A stretch of DNA of 64,000 nucleotides from a virus (lineage: Duplodnaviria; Caudoviricetes). Under the pieces are notes generated by a model. The model did no database searches. It saw only the letters and a list, made by a program, of their open reading frames with translations, and was not told the origin of the DNA. The DNA is taken from positions 1 to 64,000 of IMG/VR virus record IMGVR_UViG_3300027776_000002; one strand, given 5' to 3'. Position numbers and translations under genes: made by a program. Each line of letters starts with the position of its first letter. The stretch's first letter is position 1. This document shows positions 1 through 7,524 of this stretch, one piece after another.

Positions 1-36
1 GAAAAGCCCCAGATTCCTCTGGGGCTTTTCCATTTT
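1..36 (+). terminator. Intrinsic terminator-like hairpin, possibly bidirectional
   Basis: 12-bp perfect stem GAAAAGCCCCAG/CTGGGGCTTTTC, 6-nt loop, T-rich tail, upstream of first ORF. Confidence 0.65.
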
Positions 37-59
37 CCAAAACTCTACCGGAGATATTC

Positions 60-350
60 ATGTTCAACATCGCGCGTACTACTAGCGATTACAGTCCGCT
101 TCAGCCGCATACCGAGGAATATCAAACGGCAGTGCGTGAGCGCAAGGAAATGATGAAGAATCTTGCGGATCGTGGTTCTTCGCCAACAAACCAGCCCAAG
201 CGTAAGAAACGTCGTAAGACTTGGCAGAGTCAGATGCAAGCAAATGCCAAAGATTTCAATTCCAAGGAAAACTTGGAGCGTCATTACATTGCTGAACGCA
301 AGCGTGCAACGGCACGAACCAAGGCCGCTGCGGTTATCAATCAAATTTGA
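60..350 (+). CDS. Hypothetical basic early protein (96 aa)
   Basis: GGAG RBS before ATG; same orientation as the early block. Confidence 0.7.
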   Translation: MFNIARTTSDYSPLQPHTEEYQTAVRERKEMMKNLADRGSSPTNQPKRKKRRKTWQSQMQANAKDFNSKENLERHYIAERKRATARTKAAAVINQI

Positions 351-483
351 TCAACTGGACCCTCAAGGTAACTTGGGGGTCCAACTTCAATTCAACTCGG
401 ATAGGCAACTTTCTAAAACCTATCTCCAACTTTTTGGTCGTTTTCAGCGAAAGCGACTTAAAACTCATCCAGAGGAAAATTCG

Positions 484-723
484 ATGAACAAAGTCATCAA
501 TCCTGTCGCTTCAAAGGCCCACATCCACACAGTTCTTAATACTGTGAGAGCCAACGCGCAGGCTGTATTAAATTCGATGGACATTTCATATCCACTCCAA
601 CAGCGACTCATCACGAGTCATCTCATTTGGGATGACAAACGTAATCGTACGATTGTAATCTATCGATTAATGGACAAAGGCCGTGATTGGCTCAATGCAC
701 ATCAGGCCGAGACAGTCCACTGA
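484..723 (+). CDS. Hypothetical protein (79 aa)
   Basis: AGAGGA RBS before ATG 484; start moved from track start 163. Confidence 0.7.
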   Translation: MNKVINPVASKAHIHTVLNTVRANAQAVLNSMDISYPLQQRLITSHLIWDDKRNRTIVIYRLMDKGRDWLNAHQAETVH

Positions 724-734
724 GGGGAGATCTC

Positions 735-1091
735 ATGGACATCATGATCAATGTAGTGAACCACTACCATCTTTCAAAGCAAGACTTTGCAGGGACCGAA
801 TATGTAGGTCGAGGATCACCGCTAGGTAATCCCTACAGCCACATGACAGGCACCAAGGCTACCCATGTGGTAGCCACGGTGCAGGAAGCCATTGAGTCGT
901 ACAGAGCGTGGTTGATGGCCCAGATTCGCTCTGGAAATCAGGAGGTGATCGACGAACTGGATAGGCTAGCTGAGATCGCTATGTCTACTGGTCGGCTCAA
1001 CCTGCGATGCTATTGCGCTCCCAAACCTTGTCATGGTCAGGTGATCCGTGAGGTCATACTCGAAGCAATCCAAGCCTCTTCCTCAACATAA
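735..1091 (+). CDS. DUF4326-family protein
   Basis: Motifs YVGRGSPLGNPY and LRCYCAPKPCHGQV; RBS GAGGGGAG. Confidence 0.8.
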   Translation: MDIMINVVNHYHLSKQDFAGTEYVGRGSPLGNPYSHMTGTKATHVVATVQEAIESYRAWLMAQIRSGNQEVIDELDRLAEIAMSTGRLNLRCYCAPKPCHGQVIREVILEAIQASSST

Positions 1092-1105
1092 ATAGGAGTT
1101 CTACA

Positions 1106-1228
1106 ATGCATGACAAATTTTTTGCTATTGGTTGTTGGACCCTGTGGATCCTCTCTGTCATTCTTAGTCTGACATTTATGGGAGTGATGATCTGGGGTGT
1201 TATTAAACTCGTGAATCATTTCACCTGA
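1106..1228 (+). CDS. Small single-pass membrane protein (40 aa, not in ORF track)
   Basis: AGGAG RBS; MHDKFFAIGCWTLWILSVILSLTFMGVMIWGVIKLVNHFT is mostly hydrophobic. Confidence 0.65.
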   Translation: MHDKFFAIGCWTLWILSVILSLTFMGVMIWGVIKLVNHFT

Positions 1229-1244
1229 ACCAAGGAGATATAAA

Positions 1245-1619
1245 ATGTTTCCCGTGCTTTTCATTCTCACTGCAATCATCATCGTACTCATCGCAGAACT
1301 GTATCTGACGAATGATGAGCACTCAGTCTTCATATGTGGTGTGGGATTGATCCTTGTAACCGGTGGAATGCACATTCAATGGCAAAATTCTCAAGGATTA
1401 AAGAATCCGCACGGAGGTTATCTAATGAAAACCACAGAACGTGTGCACTTCAGACTGATCAACATGCCATGTTGTGGCCATATGTTCTGTAACGTTAATG
1501 CTCGCTGGCCTAGTTATTGTATCAATTGTGGTCAGCGAGTGTTTCCTGATGTGAAAGCATGTGCAATCATCAGTGATGATGAAGCCTTCCTGACATACGA
1601 CACGGAGAAGCAACCATGA
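1245..1619 (+). CDS. Membrane-anchored Cys-rich (Zn-ribbon-like) protein; internal in-frame start at 1425
   Basis: Two N-terminal hydrophobic stretches; GGAGG RBS before ATG 1425; CCGH...C...CxxC pattern. Confidence 0.65.
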   Translation: MFPVLFILTAIIIVLIAELYLTNDEHSVFICGVGLILVTGGMHIQWQNSQGLKNPHGGYLMKTTERVHFRLINMPCCGHMFCNVNARWPSYCINCGQRVFPDVKACAIISDDEAFLTYDTEKQP

Positions 1620-2038
1620 TCAATCGATTCACAGATGACAACGCATTCCTCAACGACTTCTGGGCATGTCCTGTCAGCTATGAAGGCATGTCATTCTTGA
1701 ATGTCGGACAGGCATTCGTCGCATCGAAGACCAATGATCGCAACGAGCGTGTGAGTATCTGTCACATCGGTACAGCGCGCGAAGTGATGCTATACGGTCA
1801 GAAGATGAAACCACGTCCCGAAGCAGAAGAGATTTTAATCAAGGAAGAGTTGTACCGTCAGAAGTTCAGCTATCCAGTGCTGGCAGCAAAGCTGTTGGCT
1901 ACGCTTCCCAATGATCTCGTGGATGGTCATGACTGGATCTCTGATCCCGCCATGTTGTTCTGGCAATACGATCTCAAGAGAGAAAAAGGATCCAATCAGA
2001 ATGGAATACTTATGATGCAAATCAGAAGTAGACTGTGA
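1616..2038 (+). CDS. NADAR/YbiA-like protein (divergent)
   Basis: FLNDFWACPVSYEGMSFLNVGQAFVASKT, YRQKF...LAAKLLAT and N.NG.LMMQIR follow the NADAR layout. Confidence 0.7.
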   Translation: MINRFTDDNAFLNDFWACPVSYEGMSFLNVGQAFVASKTNDRNERVSICHIGTAREVMLYGQKMKPRPEAEEILIKEELYRQKFSYPVLAAKLLATLPNDLVDGHDWISDPAMLFWQYDLKREKGSNQNGILMMQIRSRL

Positions 2039-2211
2039 TGTTGTACCAGGATTCTAACTCACTGATGGTCAAAGTATTGAAGTGGGAGGATCTACCACTC
2101 AATGACAAATTCGCGTTGCTACGTGTGGGGTACAGACCACCCGTAGGAACAATCCTCAGAGATAATCTGGACTTACTCTATGAAGATACCAAACAACTGG
2201 GTGATCGCTGA
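2038..2211 (+). CDS. Hypothetical protein (57 aa, not in ORF track)
   Basis: TGATG stop/start overlap with the upstream gene; fills the gap. Confidence 0.55.
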   Translation: MLYQDSNSLMVKVLKWEDLPLNDKFALLRVGYRPPVGTILRDNLDLLYEDTKQLGDR

Positions 2212-2500
2212 AGCAGTGATCATCGTCCATGTACCAACAGGAAACGTCATACCACAACCAAGTAGTCGATTCGGTCGTGGTGGATCGCACGTTGAACCAG
2301 TAGATCCAAAGAAAAAACAACCTCGTATCTTTGCAAATGAATTTGTTGCCAAAGCCTGCCTTGGACAATGGTTACGAGGAAAACAAACATGCTATCGTTA
2401 TAGCGATGGAGGTGAAGATCTCAAAATCACACCAACACCACATCGAATCAAAGCAGACATGAAGATTCTTCCTGTCGTGTTGATTCCAAAGGAGCTGTAA
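2180..2500 (+). CDS. Hypothetical protein
   Basis: 106-aa ORF coupled to the next gene (TAATG). Confidence 0.6.
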   Translation: MKIPNNWVIAEAVIIVHVPTGNVIPQPSSRFGRGGSHVEPVDPKKKQPRIFANEFVAKACLGQWLRGKQTCYRYSDGGEDLKITPTPHRIKADMKILPVVLIPKEL

Positions 2501-2817
2501 TGAAATTCCTAACACAGCATCGTTTCAGCTATTTCGATATGCTTTGGTTTCCCACATCCACTTATTTGTTGGTTGAAGGTATACTTTTTGTTGGTATAGC
2601 TGTATTTTCTGGTGGTTTGGCTGCTTCACTACTTCTTGAAAAATTTGTTGATAAGACATATAAAAACGAAAAATATAAAAATAGAGACCATGAATGGAAA
2701 GATCTTGCTCAGCAAACTCGAATGATTGATGCAATCAAACGCTACAAAAGCATTCATGGAACTTCATCAAAAGAAGCTAAAGATGCTATAATTAAGTATC
2801 TAAGAGAACTTGGATGA
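2500..2817 (+). CDS. Membrane protein with ribosomal L7/L12-CTD-like C-terminus
   Basis: One TM helix; IDAIKRYKSIHGTSSKEAKDAI resembles the bL12 KI.AIK..R...G.GLKEAKD.V motif. Confidence 0.55.
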   Translation: MKFLTQHRFSYFDMLWFPTSTYLLVEGILFVGIAVFSGGLAASLLLEKFVDKTYKNEKYKNRDHEWKDLAQQTRMIDAIKRYKSIHGTSSKEAKDAIIKYLRELG

Positions 2818-3077
2818 TGAAAAGAAAACGCAAATTGCCACCATACCAATACAAAATGCGTTTTCCACCAATTGAAAAACCAAAGGTGATTCATGTAGAA
2901 CGACCTCATTTAGTATTCTTTGCTGGAGAGTGGCACGTTTATAAAAATAAATGGAAATCAAGATTCAGAGGCCCGTTATGGGCCTCTTGCATTTCCGCTC
3001 GAACAATTCGTGAACTTCGTTTGAAAATACAAAAAGCACACGATGGTTGGAAATTCGGAGCTAACCACATCACATGA
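2814..3077 (+). CDS. Hypothetical basic protein
   Basis: ATGA overlap with upstream stop; 87 aa. Confidence 0.6.
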   Translation: MMKRKRKLPPYQYKMRFPPIEKPKVIHVERPHLVFFAGEWHVYKNKWKSRFRGPLWASCISARTIRELRLKIQKAHDGWKFGANHIT

Positions 3078-3087
3078 GGAAACGATA

Positions 3088-3642
3088 ATGCCCAAGACGC
3101 TCAAATATGCGGGTATCGGAAGTCGTAAGACACCTGATTACATCCTGCATCAAATGGCTGCGGTAGCAATTCAGTTAGCAGAAGCAGGATGGTTACTCAG
3201 ATCAGGTCATGCTGATGGTGCTGATATGGCATTCGAGACTGGATGCACACTCGGAAATGGCGCGATGGAAATCTTTGTTCCCTGGTTCGGATTTAATGGT
3301 GCACCGACTGGACATCCGGACTATATCCGACCCAAAGCAACACAGGAACTTGCTGATTTCAGCAAGCAATTTCATCCTGCATGGGATCGTTGTAGCGATG
3401 CAGCCAAGCTCCTACACATGCGAAATGGCCCACAAGTACTTGGTCTCGATGGAGACGATCCAGTAGATATGGTGGTGTGTTGGACACCCAAGGGAAATGG
3501 ATCAGGTGGTACCGGCCAAGCAATTCGTATTGCTCAGCATTACGAAATCCCTGTATTCGACCTAGGAATCCCAGGTGACTTCATCGCACAAGAGATGTGC
3601 AAGTTCGTTGAACTTTGTACTAACAATAGGAGAGCAGCGTAA
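3088..3642 (+). CDS. SLOG-superfamily (DprA/Smf/YpsA-like) nucleotide-binding protein
   Basis: YAGIGSRKTP, LRSGHADGADMAFE, VVCWT...GGTGQAIRIA motifs. Confidence 0.8.
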   Translation: MPKTLKYAGIGSRKTPDYILHQMAAVAIQLAEAGWLLRSGHADGADMAFETGCTLGNGAMEIFVPWFGFNGAPTGHPDYIRPKATQELADFSKQFHPAWDRCSDAAKLLHMRNGPQVLGLDGDDPVDMVVCWTPKGNGSGGTGQAIRIAQHYEIPVFDLGIPGDFIAQEMCKFVELCTNNRRAA

Positions 3643-3833
3643 TGGAAATTGGAATTATCGTAGGTTTTATCTTATGGTCGCTCACCTTTGTTGCTTGTTG
3701 TATTCATTATTTAATTTTTCGCTGGGCAAAGACTTTAGATCCGTGGAATCTGATTCTCATGTTCATTGGATATGTCGGAGGAGGAGCAATCTTCGGAGTA
3801 ATTTTGACTGCGGTCAAAGGAGGTGCTTTATGA
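3642..3833 (+). CDS. Small two-TM membrane protein
   Basis: Two hydrophobic helices; TAATG coupling. Confidence 0.65.
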   Translation: MEIGIIVGFILWSLTFVACCIHYLIFRWAKTLDPWNLILMFIGYVGGGAIFGVILTAVKGGAL

Positions 3834-4204
3834 TTTTTGTCTTTGGTTCCAACGAAGCAGGTGTGCATGGTGCTGGTGCAGCAAAGACTGCATATGAAAA
3901 ACACGGTGCTCGTTGGGGTAAATCTTATGGTCACTACGGAGAATCATTCGCCATTCCCACCAAGGATGAATACATCGACACAATGCCAATAGATCGCATT
4001 AGACAATACGTCGATGGGTTTTTAGCGTATGCCAAAGGACATCGCAAGCTGAAGTTCCAGGTCACTGCTATTGGCTGTGGCCTGGCTGGTTTCAAGCATG
4101 AAGACATCGCTCCTCTCTTCCGCATGGCTCCAAGCAACTGTTCATTCGATACTGTGTGGGAACCATGGTTAGGAAAAGATTACAACTATTGGGGAACATT
4201 CTAA
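3830..4204 (+). CDS. A1S_2505-family phage protein (macrodomain-like)
   Basis: MIFVFGSNEAGVHGAGAAKTA...YAIPTK-like...FQVTAIGCGLAG; GGAGG RBS before ATG 3830. Confidence 0.75.
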   Translation: MIFVFGSNEAGVHGAGAAKTAYEKHGARWGKSYGHYGESFAIPTKDEYIDTMPIDRIRQYVDGFLAYAKGHRKLKFQVTAIGCGLAGFKHEDIAPLFRMAPSNCSFDTVWEPWLGKDYNYWGTF

Positions 4205-4398
4205 TGAGAACCAAAATCGACTATGCGTTGTGTAATGCAAAGATGCAACCCATGCTAATGTTCAACAATGAAGATTCATTGCATCAGCATATGGAATGCC
4301 AAAAAGAACGGCATGGAAAATATCCATCAGGAATCCCATGCAAAATTGTCACAACAATTAAAACGGAGCAGTTGCAATGGCCGACGAAATTGGACTAA
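4204..4398 (+). CDS. Hypothetical protein
   Basis: TAATG coupling with upstream gene; 64 aa. Confidence 0.55.
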   Translation: MRTKIDYALCNAKMQPMLMFNNEDSLHQHMECQKERHGKYPSGIPCKIVTTIKTEQLQWPTKLD

Positions 4399-5204
4399 CT
4401 GATCCAAGGTTCGTCCATCAAGTCGAACTTGAAAGACTCTTCAATAAAAATCAACTTATTCCTCGAATTCGTAGAGAGTTCCAAGATGCAAAAGAATTTA
4501 CTGCATACATGGAAAGCTGCAAAATTCCAGTTCCATTTGGACTAGATTTGCTTGTGCAAATGTCGTTACATAAACGTGCTTCACTTACCACACTAATTGG
4601 CTGTCTTAGACATCACTTCAAAGATAACCAATTAACTGCTGACATGTTATTGAAAGCAGCTGAAGCAAATTTGGTGGACTACGACATGCAATTTAAAATC
4701 TTCATCGTCAGGTTCGACATCTCAGCAGATGTGCAAGCAGAATTAGATAGATTCCAATTCCCATTGCCAATGGTCGTTGAACCAATGAAGGTACACAACA
4801 ACAGAACAACTGGGTATCTCACCAGTGGTGGCAGCATCATCCTACGACAAAACCATCACAACGATGACGTATGTTTGGATCACATCAATCGAGTCAACAA
4901 GATTCGATTTGTCATCAATCCAGATACCGTCAGGATGGTTAAGAACAAATGGCGGAATCTGGACAAGCCAAAAGAAGGTGAGACTAAGGAAGATTTCAAG
5001 AAACGTAAGCGTGCCTTCGAAAAGTATGACAGAACAGCTAAAGATGTGATCCAGTTGTTGCTAAAAGAAGGTAATGTGTTCTATCTCACCCATCGCTACG
5101 ACAAGCGTGGTCGAATCTACTGTCAGGGCTATCATGTCACTTATCAGGGTGCACCATGGAATAAAGCAGTGATCGAGTTTGCAGATCAGGAGATTATCGA
5201 ATGA
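4377..5204 (+). CDS. N4-like RNA polymerase II subunit 1 (N4 gp15-like)
   Basis: T7-type DxxGR motif (THRYDKRGRIY); size and position upstream of subunit 2. Confidence 0.93.
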   Translation: MADEIGLTDPRFVHQVELERLFNKNQLIPRIRREFQDAKEFTAYMESCKIPVPFGLDLLVQMSLHKRASLTTLIGCLRHHFKDNQLTADMLLKAAEANLVDYDMQFKIFIVRFDISADVQAELDRFQFPLPMVVEPMKVHNNRTTGYLTSGGSIILRQNHHNDDVCLDHINRVNKIRFVINPDTVRMVKNKWRNLDKPKEGETKEDFKKRKRAFEKYDRTAKDVIQLLLKEGNVFYLTHRYDKRGRIYCQGYHVTYQGAPWNKAVIEFADQEIIE

Positions 5205-5371
5205 AAGAATATGAGCTACATTTCAATCTAATTAGGAGTGGTGCTTATTGTTCAATAAAAGTGTCTTCTGATTGTGATCCAGAAAATGCTTATACAGCAG
5301 GAGAAGATATCTTCAATGATCTATTCCAAGGGAAAGATACAAGTTATTCGTATATGAAACTCGTCGATTAA
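5201..5371 (+). CDS. Hypothetical protein between RNAP subunits (56 aa, not in ORF track)
   Basis: ATGA overlap; MKEYELHFNLIRSGAYCSIKVSSDCDPENAYTAGEDIFNDLFQGKDTSYSYMKLVD. Confidence 0.6.
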   Translation: MKEYELHFNLIRSGAYCSIKVSSDCDPENAYTAGEDIFNDLFQGKDTSYSYMKLVD

Positions 5372-5382
5372 AGGAGGAATTC

Positions 5383-6600
5383 ATGCAGAGATTCACAGGC
5401 AAGCAATACCTGATGATCGACATTGCCAATTCGTTCGGATTGGAAAAGTCAACATGGCAACATCGTTTAGACTGGTTCGAACAACATCAACATTGTCTGA
5501 ATGAAATGCTCCATGCTGCTGCGGAACCTGCTCTCTTCTATGCAGGCTTGCAGGCATGGGAAAAAGTCAAGAGTGGACAACCTATTGGCTATCCTATTTC
5601 CCTCGATGCAACGTCGAGCGGACTTCAGATCCTTGCTGCATTGACAGGGGATCGTCATGCTGCACGACTATGCAATGTAGTCAGTACAGGTAAACGAGAG
5701 GATGCGTATACCAATGTCTTCGAGATCATGGTGGACAGATTGATCAATCGCCTAGGTGAATATGCTGGTGGTATCAGTCGTGACGACTGTAAGCGAGCTA
5801 TCATGACTTCGTTATACGGTTCAGTGGCGGTACCGAAGGAAGTATTCGGTGAAGGTGCGCAGCTCAAAATCTTCTATGAAGTTATGGGTGAAGTAGCACC
5901 GGCAGCATGGGAATTAAACGAAGCGTTCTTGAGTATGTGGAATCCAGAAGCTCTTTCGCATGATTGGATTCTGCCAGACAATTTCCATGCACATATACGA
6001 GTTATGGCACAGATGAAAGAAACTGTGCATTTCATGAACCAACCCTACGATACGTACTACATGGTCAATCAACCAACTGAAGAAGGACGCTCGTTAGGTG
6101 CAAATTGCATTCACTCTATTGATGGCATGATTGTAAGAGAAATCACAAGACGTTGTAGCTATGATGTGGATCGAATCTTACAGATCACAGGGTTTTTGGA
6201 TGCAGTAATTGTAGGCCAACATGACCACAAGGATAATGATTCAAGAATGGTGAAAATTCTTTGGGAACATTACAAGGAATCAAACTATCTCAGTGCAAGG
6301 ATCCTCGATCACTTGCACGCACACAATGTGAGTCTCGTAGATCGCAAAGTGATATGGGAACTCATTGAGAGTCTACCTGAGAGACCCTTCACGGTGATTG
6401 CTGTGCATGACTGTTTCCGTGTGTTACCGAACTACGGGAACGATCTACGCGAACAGTACAATCGACAATTGATGCTGATCGCCAAATCTAAACTGTTGCA
6501 ATATCTACTGTCCCAGATCACAGGCAAGCAGCTCAATATCGGTAAGCTAGATCCAAATTTATGGAAAGATATTCTTGAGACGGATTACGCTTTGTCTTGA
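5383..6600 (+). CDS. N4-like RNA polymerase II subunit 2 (N4 gp16-like)
   Basis: Motif A ISLDATSSGLQ, motif B RDDCKRAIMTSLYG, motif C VHDCF. Confidence 0.95.
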   Translation: MQRFTGKQYLMIDIANSFGLEKSTWQHRLDWFEQHQHCLNEMLHAAAEPALFYAGLQAWEKVKSGQPIGYPISLDATSSGLQILAALTGDRHAARLCNVVSTGKREDAYTNVFEIMVDRLINRLGEYAGGISRDDCKRAIMTSLYGSVAVPKEVFGEGAQLKIFYEVMGEVAPAAWELNEAFLSMWNPEALSHDWILPDNFHAHIRVMAQMKETVHFMNQPYDTYYMVNQPTEEGRSLGANCIHSIDGMIVREITRRCSYDVDRILQITGFLDAVIVGQHDHKDNDSRMVKILWEHYKESNYLSARILDHLHAHNVSLVDRKVIWELIESLPERPFTVIAVHDCFRVLPNYGNDLREQYNRQLMLIAKSKLLQYLLSQITGKQLNIGKLDPNLWKDILETDYALS

Positions 6601-6609
6601 GGTAATATA

Positions 6610-6645
6610 GGGGAGTCTCCTTCGGGGGGCTCCCCTTATTTTTTC
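6610..6645 (+). terminator. Intrinsic terminator with cUUCGg loop
   Basis: GGGGAGTCTCC-TTCG-GGGGGCTCCCC followed by TTATTTTTT. Confidence 0.85.
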
Positions 6646-6666
6646 TTGCGCAAGGAAAAGACCGTT

Positions 6667-7404
6667 ATGCCTACGTATCAAATCGCCTACAACGCTACTT
6701 CTCGAACTGCCACAGTGCAGGTGGAGAACGATGCTCTTCCCGTTGGTTCCATCAAAATCGGTACTTTCGAGCACAATGATGAGAATGACTTGCTCGGCCC
6801 AGAAGGTGGGCATGTGATTTTCCACCATGTTCGAGATGCCCTCTACAAGCGTTCTGCGGCCAACCCAGTAAACGCAGGGTTCTGGCCCAATAACATCCCA
6901 GACATGGCTTCTATGACGATTGCAAACGATTTGGTTGCCAATCTGGTTCCAGTCAACACCGCAGGCGCCGGCGCGATCTCGGAGATCAGCGCCGGCATCG
7001 CCTGGACGCAGAGCACCACGTATTCAGGCTTAGCCGCCAACTCGACAAACATGCGCGACGCTAACTCGTCTTCCGGGGTAGGCGCAGCTACTGGAGCCGC
7101 GACCAACAATACCGGCGCTGAGTTTATCCAAGCGAATCTTGGGACACCAAGGCCCGTCAGCCGGATCGCTCTCGGCGGCGGGAACCTGCCTATCTGGGGT
7201 GGAATAGCCGGCTATCTAAACAGCGCGACGATCCAGTATTCGCTCACAGGAGCGTCTGGCTGGACAACGGTCGCAACTGTCAGCGGCGTTACGGACACGG
7301 GTACGCTCGACAAGAACTTCGACTTCCCGGCGGTTGTTGCCCAGTATTGGCGTATATCGCGCAGCGGCTATCTTGCGACTGCGACATTCAAGCTGTACGG
7401 CTAA
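6667..7404 (+). CDS. Putative capsid decoration protein (N4 gp17 position) with C-terminal F5/8-type-C (discoidin)-like domain
   Basis: Synteny directly after RNAP2; C-terminal FIQANLG..RPVSRIAL...IQYS....GWTTV...FPAVVAQYWRI pattern. Confidence 0.65.
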   Translation: MPTYQIAYNATSRTATVQVENDALPVGSIKIGTFEHNDENDLLGPEGGHVIFHHVRDALYKRSAANPVNAGFWPNNIPDMASMTIANDLVANLVPVNTAGAGAISEISAGIAWTQSTTYSGLAANSTNMRDANSSSGVGAATGAATNNTGAEFIQANLGTPRPVSRIALGGGNLPIWGGIAGYLNSATIQYSLTGASGWTTVATVSGVTDTGTLDKNFDFPAVVAQYWRISRSGYLATATFKLYG

Positions 7405-7463
7405 AAAAACGGAAGTATGTACTTAGCGAAAGTCTAGATTTTTTCTCGCCAAAACGAAAGAAA

Positions 7464-7490
7464 GCCCGCTTTAGGCGGGCCTTTCATTTT
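7464..7490 (+). terminator. Intrinsic terminator
   Basis: GCCCGC-TTTAG-GCGGGC followed by CTTTCATTTTT. Confidence 0.7.
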
Positions 7491-7524
7491 TCAATGCAAA
7501 AAATTGCATAAATAGGAGAAAATC

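Noticed and set aside
437-457. Triloop hairpin GTCGTTTTC-AGC-GAAAGCGAC as an N4 vRNAP promoter
   Set aside because: Template-strand loop is GCT, not the C-G(A/G)A-G loop of N4 promoters, and the stem needs a G-T pair.
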